Below are positions 47,148 to 54,652 of a stretch of 64,000 nucleotides of DNA, in pieces. The notes under the pieces were generated by a model. It was not told where the DNA came from. It worked only from the letters and a program-made list of their open reading frames with translations, and made no database searches. The translations under genes were made by a program, and so were the position numbers. This stretch comes from a virus, in IMG/VR virus record IMGVR_UViG_3300032334_001128, positions 62,294 through 126,293 of that record. One strand, given 5' to 3'. Position 1 is the first letter of the stretch. Every line of letters begins with the position of its first letter.

Positions 47148-47414
47148 ATGAAACTCGTATTAACCATCTTAAAGAGAACAATTGCCCTTGTAATTCTAAA
47201 GGTCAGTGCCGTTCTAGCTGCTGGTTCTATTGGTGGCGTTGAACTATGGAAGTCAGCTTTGATTGCTGCTTTCGTTGGAATCATGGAAGTTGCAGAGAGC
47301 CTTGCTCGTGCTTACGTTGTAGACGGAAAACTTGACAATGATGAGATCAACATTGCTTTTGCTAGCTCTGCTGAAGCAGCTCTATCTGAGACAAAAAAGA
47401 AAAACGCCGAGTAA
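47148..47414 (+). CDS. Small 2-3 TM membrane protein (holin-like), paralog of 54652..54948
   Basis: Hydrophobic helices, AGSIGG..LWKSA, DGKLDNDEINIAF. Confidence 0.7.
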   Translation: MKLVLTILKRTIALVILKVSAVLAAGSIGGVELWKSALIAAFVGIMEVAESLARAYVVDGKLDNDEINIAFASSAEAALSETKKKNAE

Positions 47415-47514
47415 TAAATTACTGGCGTGTCGGATCATACAACCATAAAAAGTAGATAGTATTAAATTGCTTAGTTGCTGATAGTGGTTAAGTGTTGTTT
47501 CCTTTCTATGTCGG

Positions 47515-47553
47515 AGAAAACCCCCTGGTGTTTAATCAGGGGGTTTTCTTTTA
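47515..47553. terminator. Bidirectional rho-independent terminator
   Basis: AGAAAACCCCCTG / CAGGGGGTTTTCT perfect 13-bp stem, T-tract after, between convergent genes. Confidence 0.88.
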
Positions 47554-47557
47554 TCGA

Positions 47558-48022
47558 CTAGATTGACTTTTTGAGCTTGGCTCTTGATACTGCGTAGTAC
47601 AAAGGATTAGCTGAGCTAAGTCCCAGTCCTTGAGAGATCTTAGCTAAAGACACCTTGTTGTCTTCGTACTCAGATCTGATAGCTTCGTGATACTCATCTA
47701 CACCCACTCGTTTGGCAGCTTTGATATTAGCTACTGCTGCCTCTACCTGCTCTGGGGTAGCCTTGCTGTGCACCTTTGAGTGAGGAGCAACCTGATCTGT
47801 GATGATCCTACGACGCAGTCCTGCATAAGTAACTTTAAGCAAAGATGCCATTTTTAGAAGGCTACCTCCCTTTGAGTAGAACTCAAGTAGAACTTTGGTG
47901 TACTCCCTGGAAGCATCGTGCTGAGGGGACTTAGTGTTTCTTGATCCATAAGCAACTCTAGCTAATGGTAGAAGAGCAGACAGTGTGGCTGCATACTCGT
48001 TGGTCATTTCTTCATTCATCAT
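47558..48022 (-). CDS. Hypothetical helical protein, possibly with tandem HTH motifs
   Basis: AAGGA RBS; two similar segments (GGSLLKMASLLKVTYAGL and KVSLAKISQGLGLSS). Confidence 0.65.
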   Translation of the reverse strand: MMNEEMTNEYAATLSALLPLARVAYGSRNTKSPQHDASREYTKVLLEFYSKGGSLLKMASLLKVTYAGLRRRIITDQVAPHSKVHSKATPEQVEAAVANIKAAKRVGVDEYHEAIRSEYEDNKVSLAKISQGLGLSSANPLYYAVSRAKLKKSI

Positions 48023-48131
48023 TTATTCCTTATCTATTAGATTGATGATGTATCATTATAAACACAGTTTTGCTAATAGTGCAAATCTAATTTTGTGTGT
48101 TATGATTTTTATATCAAAAGAAGGTAGATCT

Positions 48132-48266
48132 ATGGCAAAGAGCAAGGGTGGTGCAAAGCCAGCACCAGAAGTAAAGAGTTCTGGTAGACAGAATGGTAAG
48201 GCGTCTAAGAAGCGTCCTAAAGTCTGGGATCCAGAAAAGCGTAAGCTAGTAGTAAAACAAAACTAA
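48132..48266 (+). CDS. Small Lys-rich basic protein (44 aa) directly upstream of tmRNA
   Basis: AAGGT RBS, MAKSKGGAKPAPEVKSSGRQNGKASKKRPKVWDPEKRKLVVKQN. Confidence 0.6.
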   Translation: MAKSKGGAKPAPEVKSSGRQNGKASKKRPKVWDPEKRKLVVKQN

Positions 48267-48273
48267 ATATTGA

Positions 48274-48616
48274 GGGGATGACTGGTTTCGACAGTTATTC
48301 TGAAATTGGTGAAGCAAGCAGAGATGACAGTATCTCTTGAATCTGTCAAAACAATAAATGCTAACACATCTGCATACGCTCTAGCCGCGTGATTTAATCG
48401 CAACGCTTAGGCCCCTGACAAAGCACTAGTTCTAGGTGGGCAGTCAGGTTTTAAATAAGTAGGACAAAACAAAAGTCTCTCCCACAAGACTTTAAAGAGT
48501 GGTAACGACTTGATGGTCTGGTAGGTCATACATCTAAGCCGTAACATAAACTACCTAAGCTTGTAGAAGAACAATGGATCCGTAACTGGACCGGGGTTCG
48601 ATTCCCCGCATCTCCA
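48274..48616 (+). ncRNA. ssrA: tmRNA (SsrA) with tag peptide (A)ANTSAYALAA
   Basis: 5' GGGGATG pairs with 3' CATCTCC-A giving G3.U70; GGTTTCGAC 5' motif; T-arm CGGGGTTCGATTCCCCG; pk1 AGAGAT/ATCTCT with GACAG/CTGTC; resume context ATAAAT-GCT at 48360; TGA at 48390. CCA is not encoded. Confidence 0.95.
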
Positions 48617-48674
48617 CGCTTGTAGACAAAGGAGCGTAAAGCGGTCTACCCGTCCTAGGCAACGGAATCTCCAA

Positions 48675-48746
48675 GGACTGGCGTAGCCAAGGTGCTACGA
48701 GTCGATTCGGTAAGTAGTAGTCGGTAGTGCAAATCTACACAGTCCA
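48675..48746 (+). ncRNA. Degenerate tRNA-like element
   Basis: 72 nt closed by GGACTG/CAGTCC+A; T-arm-like GTAG-TGCAAAT-CTAC after TAGTC; no canonical anticodon arm. Confidence 0.35.
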
Positions 48747-48768
48747 CGGATTAGATAAGGAGTAAGTA

Positions 48769-48960
48769 ATGGCTGGTGGCTTCATAAATCCTTACCCAGA
48801 CCCCATTCCAGACGATTCACATCATAGGGAGAAGTATTCGACTGGTTGGCTTGGCTGGAGGAATGAATGGAAGAGTTGTTTACTTCTAGTAGTTGGGCTT
48901 ACTCTTTTTGGCTTGATAGTAGTTGGGACAGTGGTTCTGGTAAACTACTTATACTCTTAA
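48769..48960 (+). CDS. Small single-TM membrane protein
   Basis: AAGGAG RBS; C-terminal hydrophobic helix. Confidence 0.7.
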   Translation: MAGGFINPYPDPIPDDSHHREKYSTGWLGWRNEWKSCLLLVVGLTLFGLIVVGTVVLVNYLYS

Positions 48961-49170
48961 ATAACTATAGGCTCTTTACTGCTGAGTCCACAAGACCAAC
49001 CAGCAGAGTGAAAACTTGAGACGACTCGAAAGAGTGGGAACCTCTGGAACCAAGGTCCAAACTTGGGAAAAGTTAGTACTAGGTCTTCCAAACTTGGCTC
49101 GAAAAGCTGCGGCAGTTGTGCAGCCTGTTCTGTGAGACTAGAGCCAACCCATACAACATAAGGACAAATA

Positions 49171-49494
49171 ATGAGCAGTGCATTGAAATACAGAGTCTGG
49201 GAGATCTTATCTTCTGACGGAGATCTAGAGCCAGAATTTAATAAAGAATCCATGGATGCTCAAAAAGAGGCTATTAACTATTCCTTTGCTCTATGGATGA
49301 GATTTAATGATCTAAAAGCTACTGTCAATCACAACTATCGTGCTATTACAGAAGCAGCTAATACATCGGAAGATCCAGGATCTGTCCTAGCTGAACTGAT
49401 CGAGATCCACCCCTATTGCAATGCTTTAAAAGCTTTGGATGAGGGTAAGGAATATGAGTCAGCTTTGTGGGATTTATTGAAACCAATCGACTAA
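49171..49494 (+). CDS. Hypothetical protein
   Basis: AAGGA RBS, 107 aa. Confidence 0.7.
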   Translation: MSSALKYRVWEILSSDGDLEPEFNKESMDAQKEAINYSFALWMRFNDLKATVNHNYRAITEAANTSEDPGSVLAELIEIHPYCNALKALDEGKEYESALWDLLKPID

Positions 49495-49514
49495 CCATGT
49501 GTAGAATAAAAAAT

Positions 49515-49646
49515 ATGAAAAATAACGAAATTGAAGCATTAATAAAAAAGATTAAATATGACCGTCAGATGCAGAAAAAGTGTCTGTATGAGCAAGCTAA
49601 GCGAGCTCGCAAACAAGAAAAGATTGCCAATGATCCTAAACAATAA
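49515..49646 (+). CDS. Small basic hypothetical protein (43 aa), probably leaderless
   Basis: TAGAAT (49502-07)-N7-ATG; MKNNEIEALIKKIKYDRQMQKK... Confidence 0.5.
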   Translation: MKNNEIEALIKKIKYDRQMQKKCLYEQAKRARKQEKIANDPKQ

Positions 49647-50178
49647 CTACATCGGATTATCTGGATGGGCTAAATCCGGTAAAGACACTATTGCTAATTA
49701 CCTGATAGAGAATCACGGTTATAGAAGAGTATCCTTTGCTGATCCTATGAGAGAGGCTCTTCTTAGGTTAGATCCTAAGATTCCTTTTTATGGGTTAGAC
49801 ATCGCCCTTTCTACAGCAGTTAGGCTAATTGGTTGGGAAGACCTAAAGCGAAATAATCCAGATGTACGTGAGCTACTACAACGTTTTGGTACAGAGGTTG
49901 GTCGCGAGATGTTTGGTGAAAACTTCTGGGTAGATCTAGCTATCTCTAAGATCCAGCCTGGAGAGAAGGTTGTGTTTGCTGATGTTAGATATAAGAACGA
50001 AGCTGAAGCAATTCGATCTCTTGGTGGCGTAGTAGTACGTGTCAATAGAGATGGAGTTCTGGCAGCTAATGACCATGCTTCAGAGCATGATTTGAATGAG
50101 TATAACTTTGATCTAGTCCTAGATAATAACGGAAATCTAGAAGATCTCTGGAACTTGATTGGTTCCTACACAAGCTAG
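49630..50178 (+). CDS. Deoxynucleoside monophosphate kinase (start reassigned to ATG 49630)
   Basis: IGLSGWAKSGKDT P-loop, SFADPMRE, RELLQRFGTEVGR, DVRYKNE, HASE. Confidence 0.9.
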   Translation: MILNNNYIGLSGWAKSGKDTIANYLIENHGYRRVSFADPMREALLRLDPKIPFYGLDIALSTAVRLIGWEDLKRNNPDVRELLQRFGTEVGREMFGENFWVDLAISKIQPGEKVVFADVRYKNEAEAIRSLGGVVVRVNRDGVLAANDHASEHDLNEYNFDLVLDNNGNLEDLWNLIGSYTS

Positions 50179-50185
50179 TTTTTGC

Positions 50186-50258
50186 GTATAAACTTAGGAT
50201 TAAGGTTATACACCCCTAAAAATATAGTCTGTACAAAAGTGATACATTATTATATAAC
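50186..50258. promoter_or_regulatory. res-like/operator element, copy B
   Basis: GTATAAACTTAG-GA-TTAAGGTTATAC, then TGTACAAAAGTGATACATTATTATATAAC (28/29 identical to copy A). Confidence 0.65.
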
Positions 50259-50283
50259 CTGATATTATGGTAGGATTTAGACT

Positions 50284-50964
50284 ATGAAAGTTGGATTAGT
50301 TATCCCCTGGCGACCTCAGCCAACAAGAGTCTATGCTTTTGAAGCAACTATGAATAGATACTCTGATCAGCTCCCTGGCGTAACTGCCTACTATGGAGAT
50401 ACTGATGATGAGATCTTCAATCCTTCCGGGGCTAGAAACAAAGGATGTCTAGAAGCTATAGCAGATGGTTGTGACGTTCTTGTTGTGTCAGATGCTGATC
50501 TATTTGTAGAGCCTTACCCTTTACATAAGTCAATTGAGAAAGCTGCGTCTGAAAACGTAATTAGTATCCCCTATATAGATTTACTATTCCTAAGCAAGAT
50601 GGAATCAGATGAGATTATAGCTGGAAGAGAAGATGTACACTCTCTGGCAAAGAAGCCAGGGATCACTATATTTCGTGGTCAGGTAGGCGGAATCTTTGTT
50701 CTAAGTGAGTCGACGTTCAGGATCCTAAACGGATGGGACGAGCGATTCCAAGGATGGGGATTTGAGGACTTGGCTATCCGAGAGGCTCATAAGGCTATTT
50801 TTAATAGGGATTTGCATAGGACTTATGGAATAGCCGTATCTTTAAATCATGAGGATAGGGATAAAAGCTTGCTAGAAGATAATGAATCTAGGTTCAAGGA
50901 GTATCAGAGTCTAGGGCTATCCAGAGAAGAAATGATTGAGCACGTAAAGGGAAACCGTAAATAG
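50284..50964 (+). CDS. GT-A (family 2-like) glycosyltransferase
   Basis: VGLVIPWR, SGARNKG, VSDAD (DxD), NGWDERFQGWGFED. Confidence 0.88.
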   Translation: MKVGLVIPWRPQPTRVYAFEATMNRYSDQLPGVTAYYGDTDDEIFNPSGARNKGCLEAIADGCDVLVVSDADLFVEPYPLHKSIEKAASENVISIPYIDLLFLSKMESDEIIAGREDVHSLAKKPGITIFRGQVGGIFVLSESTFRILNGWDERFQGWGFEDLAIREAHKAIFNRDLHRTYGIAVSLNHEDRDKSLLEDNESRFKEYQSLGLSREEMIEHVKGNRK

Positions 50965-51662
50965 TGGAAAATATCTGGCTTCAACCGATGGTTGACAACT
51001 ATAAGAAGTTCTTTGGCGATGTCGCCGACGTCGTTATTGATATCGGCACTAGAGACGGAGATGATGCTGAGTTCCTTCGTGAGAAGTTGTCCGCGGGAAG
51101 GGTGATCGCCATAGACGCCAACCCTTTGGCAGTTGAGAAAACTAGGGCTGCTTATCCAGACTTTGAGGTAATAGAGAGTGCTATCTCGGATACTGCTGGT
51201 GAAAGTAGCTTCTATCAGGTTAATAGTGGAGATGCAGGTATGGATGGTTGCTCGTCTATCTATGCACAGAGGATCGTACAAGCAGAGGTATTTGAGGGTA
51301 AATACAAAGTCATCGACGTCCAGGTTAGAAGAATGGAAAGAATTCTGAAAGATATGGATCTGTGGGACAAAGTAGTCGACGTCGTTAAGGTTGATATTGA
51401 AGGGTTCACCTACGAGTGCATCGTGGGATTTGGAACGCAGGTGGGGAACGTAAAGATGTTCCACCTAGAAACTGAGATAAATGCTACGCATCCTTGGCAT
51501 AAAGGGAATGTGGCTGTAGCTAAGCTGATGCGTCAGCTGGGCTTTGCTCTGGTAGATCTGTCGTATGAGTGGGGTCCTGGGGTTCAGGATCAGGTTTGGA
51601 TTAACCGGAAATTGGCTAACGGAGACGTTCTTAAGGATTTTCAAGAACTTAGAGAAAAGTAG
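50964..51662 (+). CDS. FkbM-family SAM methyltransferase, paralog 2
   Basis: VIDIGTRDG, IAIDANP, VVKVDIEG, HLETE. Confidence 0.85.
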   Translation: MENIWLQPMVDNYKKFFGDVADVVIDIGTRDGDDAEFLREKLSAGRVIAIDANPLAVEKTRAAYPDFEVIESAISDTAGESSFYQVNSGDAGMDGCSSIYAQRIVQAEVFEGKYKVIDVQVRRMERILKDMDLWDKVVDVVKVDIEGFTYECIVGFGTQVGNVKMFHLETEINATHPWHKGNVAVAKLMRQLGFALVDLSYEWGPGVQDQVWINRKLANGDVLKDFQELREK

Positions 51663-51672
51663 TCATTTTGAC

Positions 51673-51701
51673 TTGACAAGGTAGACGTAAGTCACTACCA
51701 T
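51673..51701 (+). promoter_or_regulatory. Housekeeping-sigma promoter
   Basis: TTGACA-N17-TACCAT upstream of a run of small genes. Confidence 0.7.
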
Positions 51702-51742
51702 AATAAATGTCATATTAACTAGCACTTAAGTAAAGGAGTAGA

Positions 51743-51943
51743 ATGACTAATATTGGAGAAGCTTACGATGCTGGTAAAAAAGCCGGTAGAGACTATGAAC
51801 GTGAGCGCATCATCAAATGGATCGAAGAGAACCGCACTGGTACGGAATTAGCTGAAGGTGTGATGATGTATAGAGATCGTTTCAGATCTGAAGACATTAT
51901 TGCCTTTATCAAAGGAGAGCTAGATGAATCAGAAAGTGATTAA
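51743..51943 (+). CDS. Hypothetical protein
   Basis: AAGGAG RBS; AYDAGKKAG..YERERII. Confidence 0.7.
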   Translation: MTNIGEAYDAGKKAGRDYERERIIKWIEENRTGTELAEGVMMYRDRFRSEDIIAFIKGELDESESD

Positions 51944-52115
51944 AAAAGAGATTGTCGTATTTATACTTATCGTAGGAGCAATGCTTGGATCTTTGGTCTA
52001 TGGATTCTTCTTACTAAAGGATAACCAAAAGCCAGTTCCTGTATCTTGTTGGGAGCAGTACGAGGATTCCGGAGAAGATGTAGCGATACAGATGTGTGAG
52101 GGTAAAGGTGAGTAG
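51924..52115 (+). CDS. Small membrane protein
   Basis: N-terminal TM helix, C-terminal C...C pair. Confidence 0.65.
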   Translation: MNQKVIKKEIVVFILIVGAMLGSLVYGFFLLKDNQKPVPVSCWEQYEDSGEDVAIQMCEGKGE

Positions 52116-52263
52116 TGAAGCAAAAATGGTGCTCACTACTTTAGCAGTGGCCGTCAGTATTATTGGGTTACTATATGTATCTCAGCACTATAAGTGCACA
52201 ACCCTTGAATATCAGAACTTGAGTGGTACCCACTCGGAAAGTGTTTGTGAGTGGAATGAATAA
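52108..52263 (+). CDS. Small membrane protein (51 aa), not in the ORF track
   Basis: GTG start, MSSEAKMVLTTLAVAVSIIGLLYVSQHYKC...ESVCEWNE*. Confidence 0.55.
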   Translation: MSSEAKMVLTTLAVAVSIIGLLYVSQHYKCTTLEYQNLSGTHSESVCEWNE

Positions 52264-52423
52264 AAATGCTTTAGTATCTTTTGCGTTTTGGTTTGGATAC
52301 CATGAGATCATTGCCAGTATTATTTCTTATGGAACTGGATTTAACTGGTTGATTTTGCAGATCTTTGTAGTTCCGTTCAGCTTGGTAATGATGGCTCTAA
52401 CCATGGGTAGTCAAAACAAGTAA
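52256..52423 (+). CDS. Small 2-TM membrane protein (start reassigned to ATG 52256)
   Basis: Hydrophobic; overlaps the stop of the previous gene. Confidence 0.55.
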   Translation: MNKNALVSFAFWFGYHEIIASIISYGTGFNWLILQIFVVPFSLVMMALTMGSQNK

Positions 52424-52540
52424 TTAGTTTCACAAGACATCGATAACTTAAAAACACGATCTTAAAATGATTGTACAATTTAAGTGTATCGAGGGCTTTA
52501 TTCCTTTCGACTCGATACCTTAAAGGACAATTATTGTCCC

Positions 52541-52582
52541 GAAGCCCCCTGGTTTGTGGTGTTACCGGGGGGCTTCCCTTTT
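52541..52582 (+). terminator. Rho-independent terminator (+ strand)
   Basis: GAAGCCCCCTGGT / ACCGGGGGGCTTC stem followed by TTTT. Confidence 0.8.
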
Positions 52583-52591
52583 ACCCTGGAT

Positions 52592-52626
52592 AAAAGAAAT
52601 CCCCCCTGACATTAAATGCGGGGGGA
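52592..52626 (-). terminator. Rho-independent terminator (- strand, after the lysin)
   Basis: TCCCCCC / GGGGGGA stem with an upstream A-tract. Confidence 0.7.
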
Positions 52627-52710
52627 CTCTTTATATTGGCTGATCGTATTATGCACCTAGTAGTTGTTATTTATTTGATTTTTAGATGTGCCTTTATAGC
52701 CAATAATTCT

Positions 52711-53241
52711 TTATGCCTTCTTGGTTGGAACAACCTTCTTGACTGCACTAACAACCTTAGCTGCAACAGACTTCTTAGGAGCTGCTGAGAAAAGAGTTAG
52801 TGGGTCAACTAGACGCTCGAATGGAAGCAAGTGTGCTTCTACTCCTGCGTAGTTCTTTCCCATTGTTGCAACGGTCATGTGGAGGTGGGCTCCAGTTGAG
52901 GCTGATCCGCTAGGGGTGTTCTTACCGCCACCAACTAGACCTACTACAGTCTGACCACCAACAACCTTGTCACCCTTCTTAAGGGTAGGTGCTGCTGCAA
53001 GGTGTGCGTATAGGACCCAGTGCTTGCCATCTGCTGAAGAGTGAACAAGGATGTGTCCAAGAACATCAGTCCAGTCAACTAGACCAACTGTGCCATCACA
53101 GATGGCTTTGATTGGAGACTTCTCCTTTGGTGCCCAGTCCTGGCCACGGTGAGGTCTTCCATTGCGGTATGGTGCTAGATTGCCCAGTTCGTCGCCACGA
53201 AGCTTTGGGTCAAATGGTTCGTAATAAGTTACGTCTGCCAT
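52711..53241 (-). CDS. M23 peptidase endolysin
   Basis: HRGQD (HxxxD), YAHL, STGAHLH (HxH); basic C-terminal tail. Confidence 0.9.
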   Translation of the reverse strand: MADVTYYEPFDPKLRGDELGNLAPYRNGRPHRGQDWAPKEKSPIKAICDGTVGLVDWTDVLGHILVHSSADGKHWVLYAHLAAAPTLKKGDKVVGGQTVVGLVGGGKNTPSGSASTGAHLHMTVATMGKNYAGVEAHLLPFERLVDPLTLFSAAPKKSVAAKVVSAVKKVVPTKKA

Positions 53242-53257
53242 CGGTGATTCTCCTTAA

Positions 53258-54436
53258 TTAGTTTGTTTGTTTTGTATCATCGGTGATCGGACCGCCAACA
53301 ACCCAGGCAGAACAAGTTCTAGATGCAGCACACTTGAAATCAAATGCTTCGCAGTAGCCTAGTTCTGCTGTGTCGATTGCGTCCCAGGCATTTTGTGAGC
53401 CTGATTCCCCAGCTGCAAGACCTGTTTCTATACAGTCAAGCATTGAGGGAGTTCTAATAAACATTACACAGTTTCCACAGACGCTCTTCTTTGCGTCAGC
53501 AACCGGTAATGACCAGCGTTTTGCTTTCTCTGCCCAGAACTGTTCATTAGGTTCTTTAGGGTTGAGAGGGCCGTAGCCAGCTGTTGTAATAGCCTTTTCA
53601 CGGTTTTGAAGATTGATCGCGATATCCTGAGTAGCTGGTGGACAGTCAGGAACTGCAACGTCAGTGGTAGCTAGCTCGGTAACTGAAGCGTCGATCGGCA
53701 CACAGTTAGGAACCATCTTTCCATCTTTCTCCTTCATACCAATCTGCTTGTAGCCTTCCCAGCAAGGATCCTCTGTGACAAGTTCCAATGCATCTGAGGT
53801 AATCGTAGGCTTAGCTGCTGCAAGTAGGGAAGCTCTAATTGGTGAGTCTGAAGGATAGTAGACGTCCGCTTCAATAGTCTTCTTACCTCTTAGTAGGTTT
53901 GAGACTGCTCTGTGGTGGCCGTCAACTATCTTCATACCAGCAGAAGTCGCCCAAACCTTAATTGGTTTGTTAGACATTGCAACTTCTTTTGCACGCTTCA
54001 AATTGACTGTACGTTGGGTTGGGATCAGATTAGTGATTGGAACCTGGATAACTTGATCTGGATCATTCAATGAAGTAATGGTTTTGATGTAGTCATCCAT
54101 TTGACTTGGTGGCTTAGGGAAATAAGTATTAGTAGAAACGTCAGTATCTACACCAGCTGGAGCTTTAGAAGGATCTACTACACCATCAGGAATGACTGCG
54201 AAACGGCAGTAACCTTCTGATTCAACTTCGAACGCAATGATCTTACAACCATTACCACCTTCAAAGAGTACGCAGTTACCACACTTGACGCCCATCTTGG
54301 CGTAAGGGTTCTTTGAACCAGGGTGATAATCAGCCCAGATGCCAGTTTCATCCTCGTTGAACTTGCCATACTTTGTGGCTATTTCAACAAGGGCGGCAGC
54401 TAGGTCCTGCTCTTCAGGTACTAAATTTCCAGTCAT
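53258..54436 (-). CDS. Multidomain protein: ParB/Srx-like domain flanked by Cys-rich modules
   Basis: LIPTQ...KIVDGHHR (ParB-like); CGNC..C...YC modules at both ends; CWEGYKQIG..K.GKMVPNCVP. Confidence 0.7.
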   Translation of the reverse strand: MTGNLVPEEQDLAAALVEIATKYGKFNEDETGIWADYHPGSKNPYAKMGVKCGNCVLFEGGNGCKIIAFEVESEGYCRFAVIPDGVVDPSKAPAGVDTDVSTNTYFPKPPSQMDDYIKTITSLNDPDQVIQVPITNLIPTQRTVNLKRAKEVAMSNKPIKVWATSAGMKIVDGHHRAVSNLLRGKKTIEADVYYPSDSPIRASLLAAAKPTITSDALELVTEDPCWEGYKQIGMKEKDGKMVPNCVPIDASVTELATTDVAVPDCPPATQDIAINLQNREKAITTAGYGPLNPKEPNEQFWAEKAKRWSLPVADAKKSVCGNCVMFIRTPSMLDCIETGLAAGESGSQNAWDAIDTAELGYCEAFDFKCAASRTCSAWVVGGPITDDTKQTN

Positions 54437-54457
54437 GGGTTAATTTTACCCTAGATC

Positions 54458-54652
54458 CTATTCGTCGTCTTTTTCGCGACGGATCGGAAATGTCAAAACC
54501 CAGATCAGAAGTGTAACTCCGATCAATTTTCCAACGATGTCTCTTGCTGAGCCTTCTAAGAGCACCCAACCAAGAGCTAGACCTAGTAGGGTCCAAGCCT
54601 GGTCAAGTAGATCCTTGAATAGATCTGCTAGGAATTTAGTTATTTTCTTCAT
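54458..54652 (-). CDS. Small 2-TM membrane protein
   Basis: QAWTLLGLALGWVLLEGSAR...; coupled to the upstream gene. Confidence 0.7.
   Translation of the reverse strand: MKKITKFLADLFKDLLDQAWTLLGLALGWVLLEGSARDIVGKLIGVTLLIWVLTFPIRREKDDE

Noticed and set aside
47417-47514. Orphan RBS-like GAAAGGAAAC on the minus strand
   Set aside because: No start codon follows and it lies past a terminator; at most a decayed gene.
48675-48746. Functional canonical tRNA
   Set aside because: The acceptor stem has only 6 bp, the T-loop is non-standard and no 5-bp/7-nt anticodon arm can be drawn; kept only as tRNA-like.
48979-49015. Hammerhead ribozyme (CTGCTGAG resembles CUGAUGAG)
   Set aside because: The invariant core A is C, and GAAA does not follow stem II.
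48957-49253. 98-aa minus-strand ORF
   Set aside because: It overlaps 49171..49494, has no RBS and a low-information sequence; the region is better explained as structured RNA.
52441-52492. Third copy of the res-like element (GATAACTTAA...TGTACAA)
   Set aside because: Only short partial matches with the wrong spacing.
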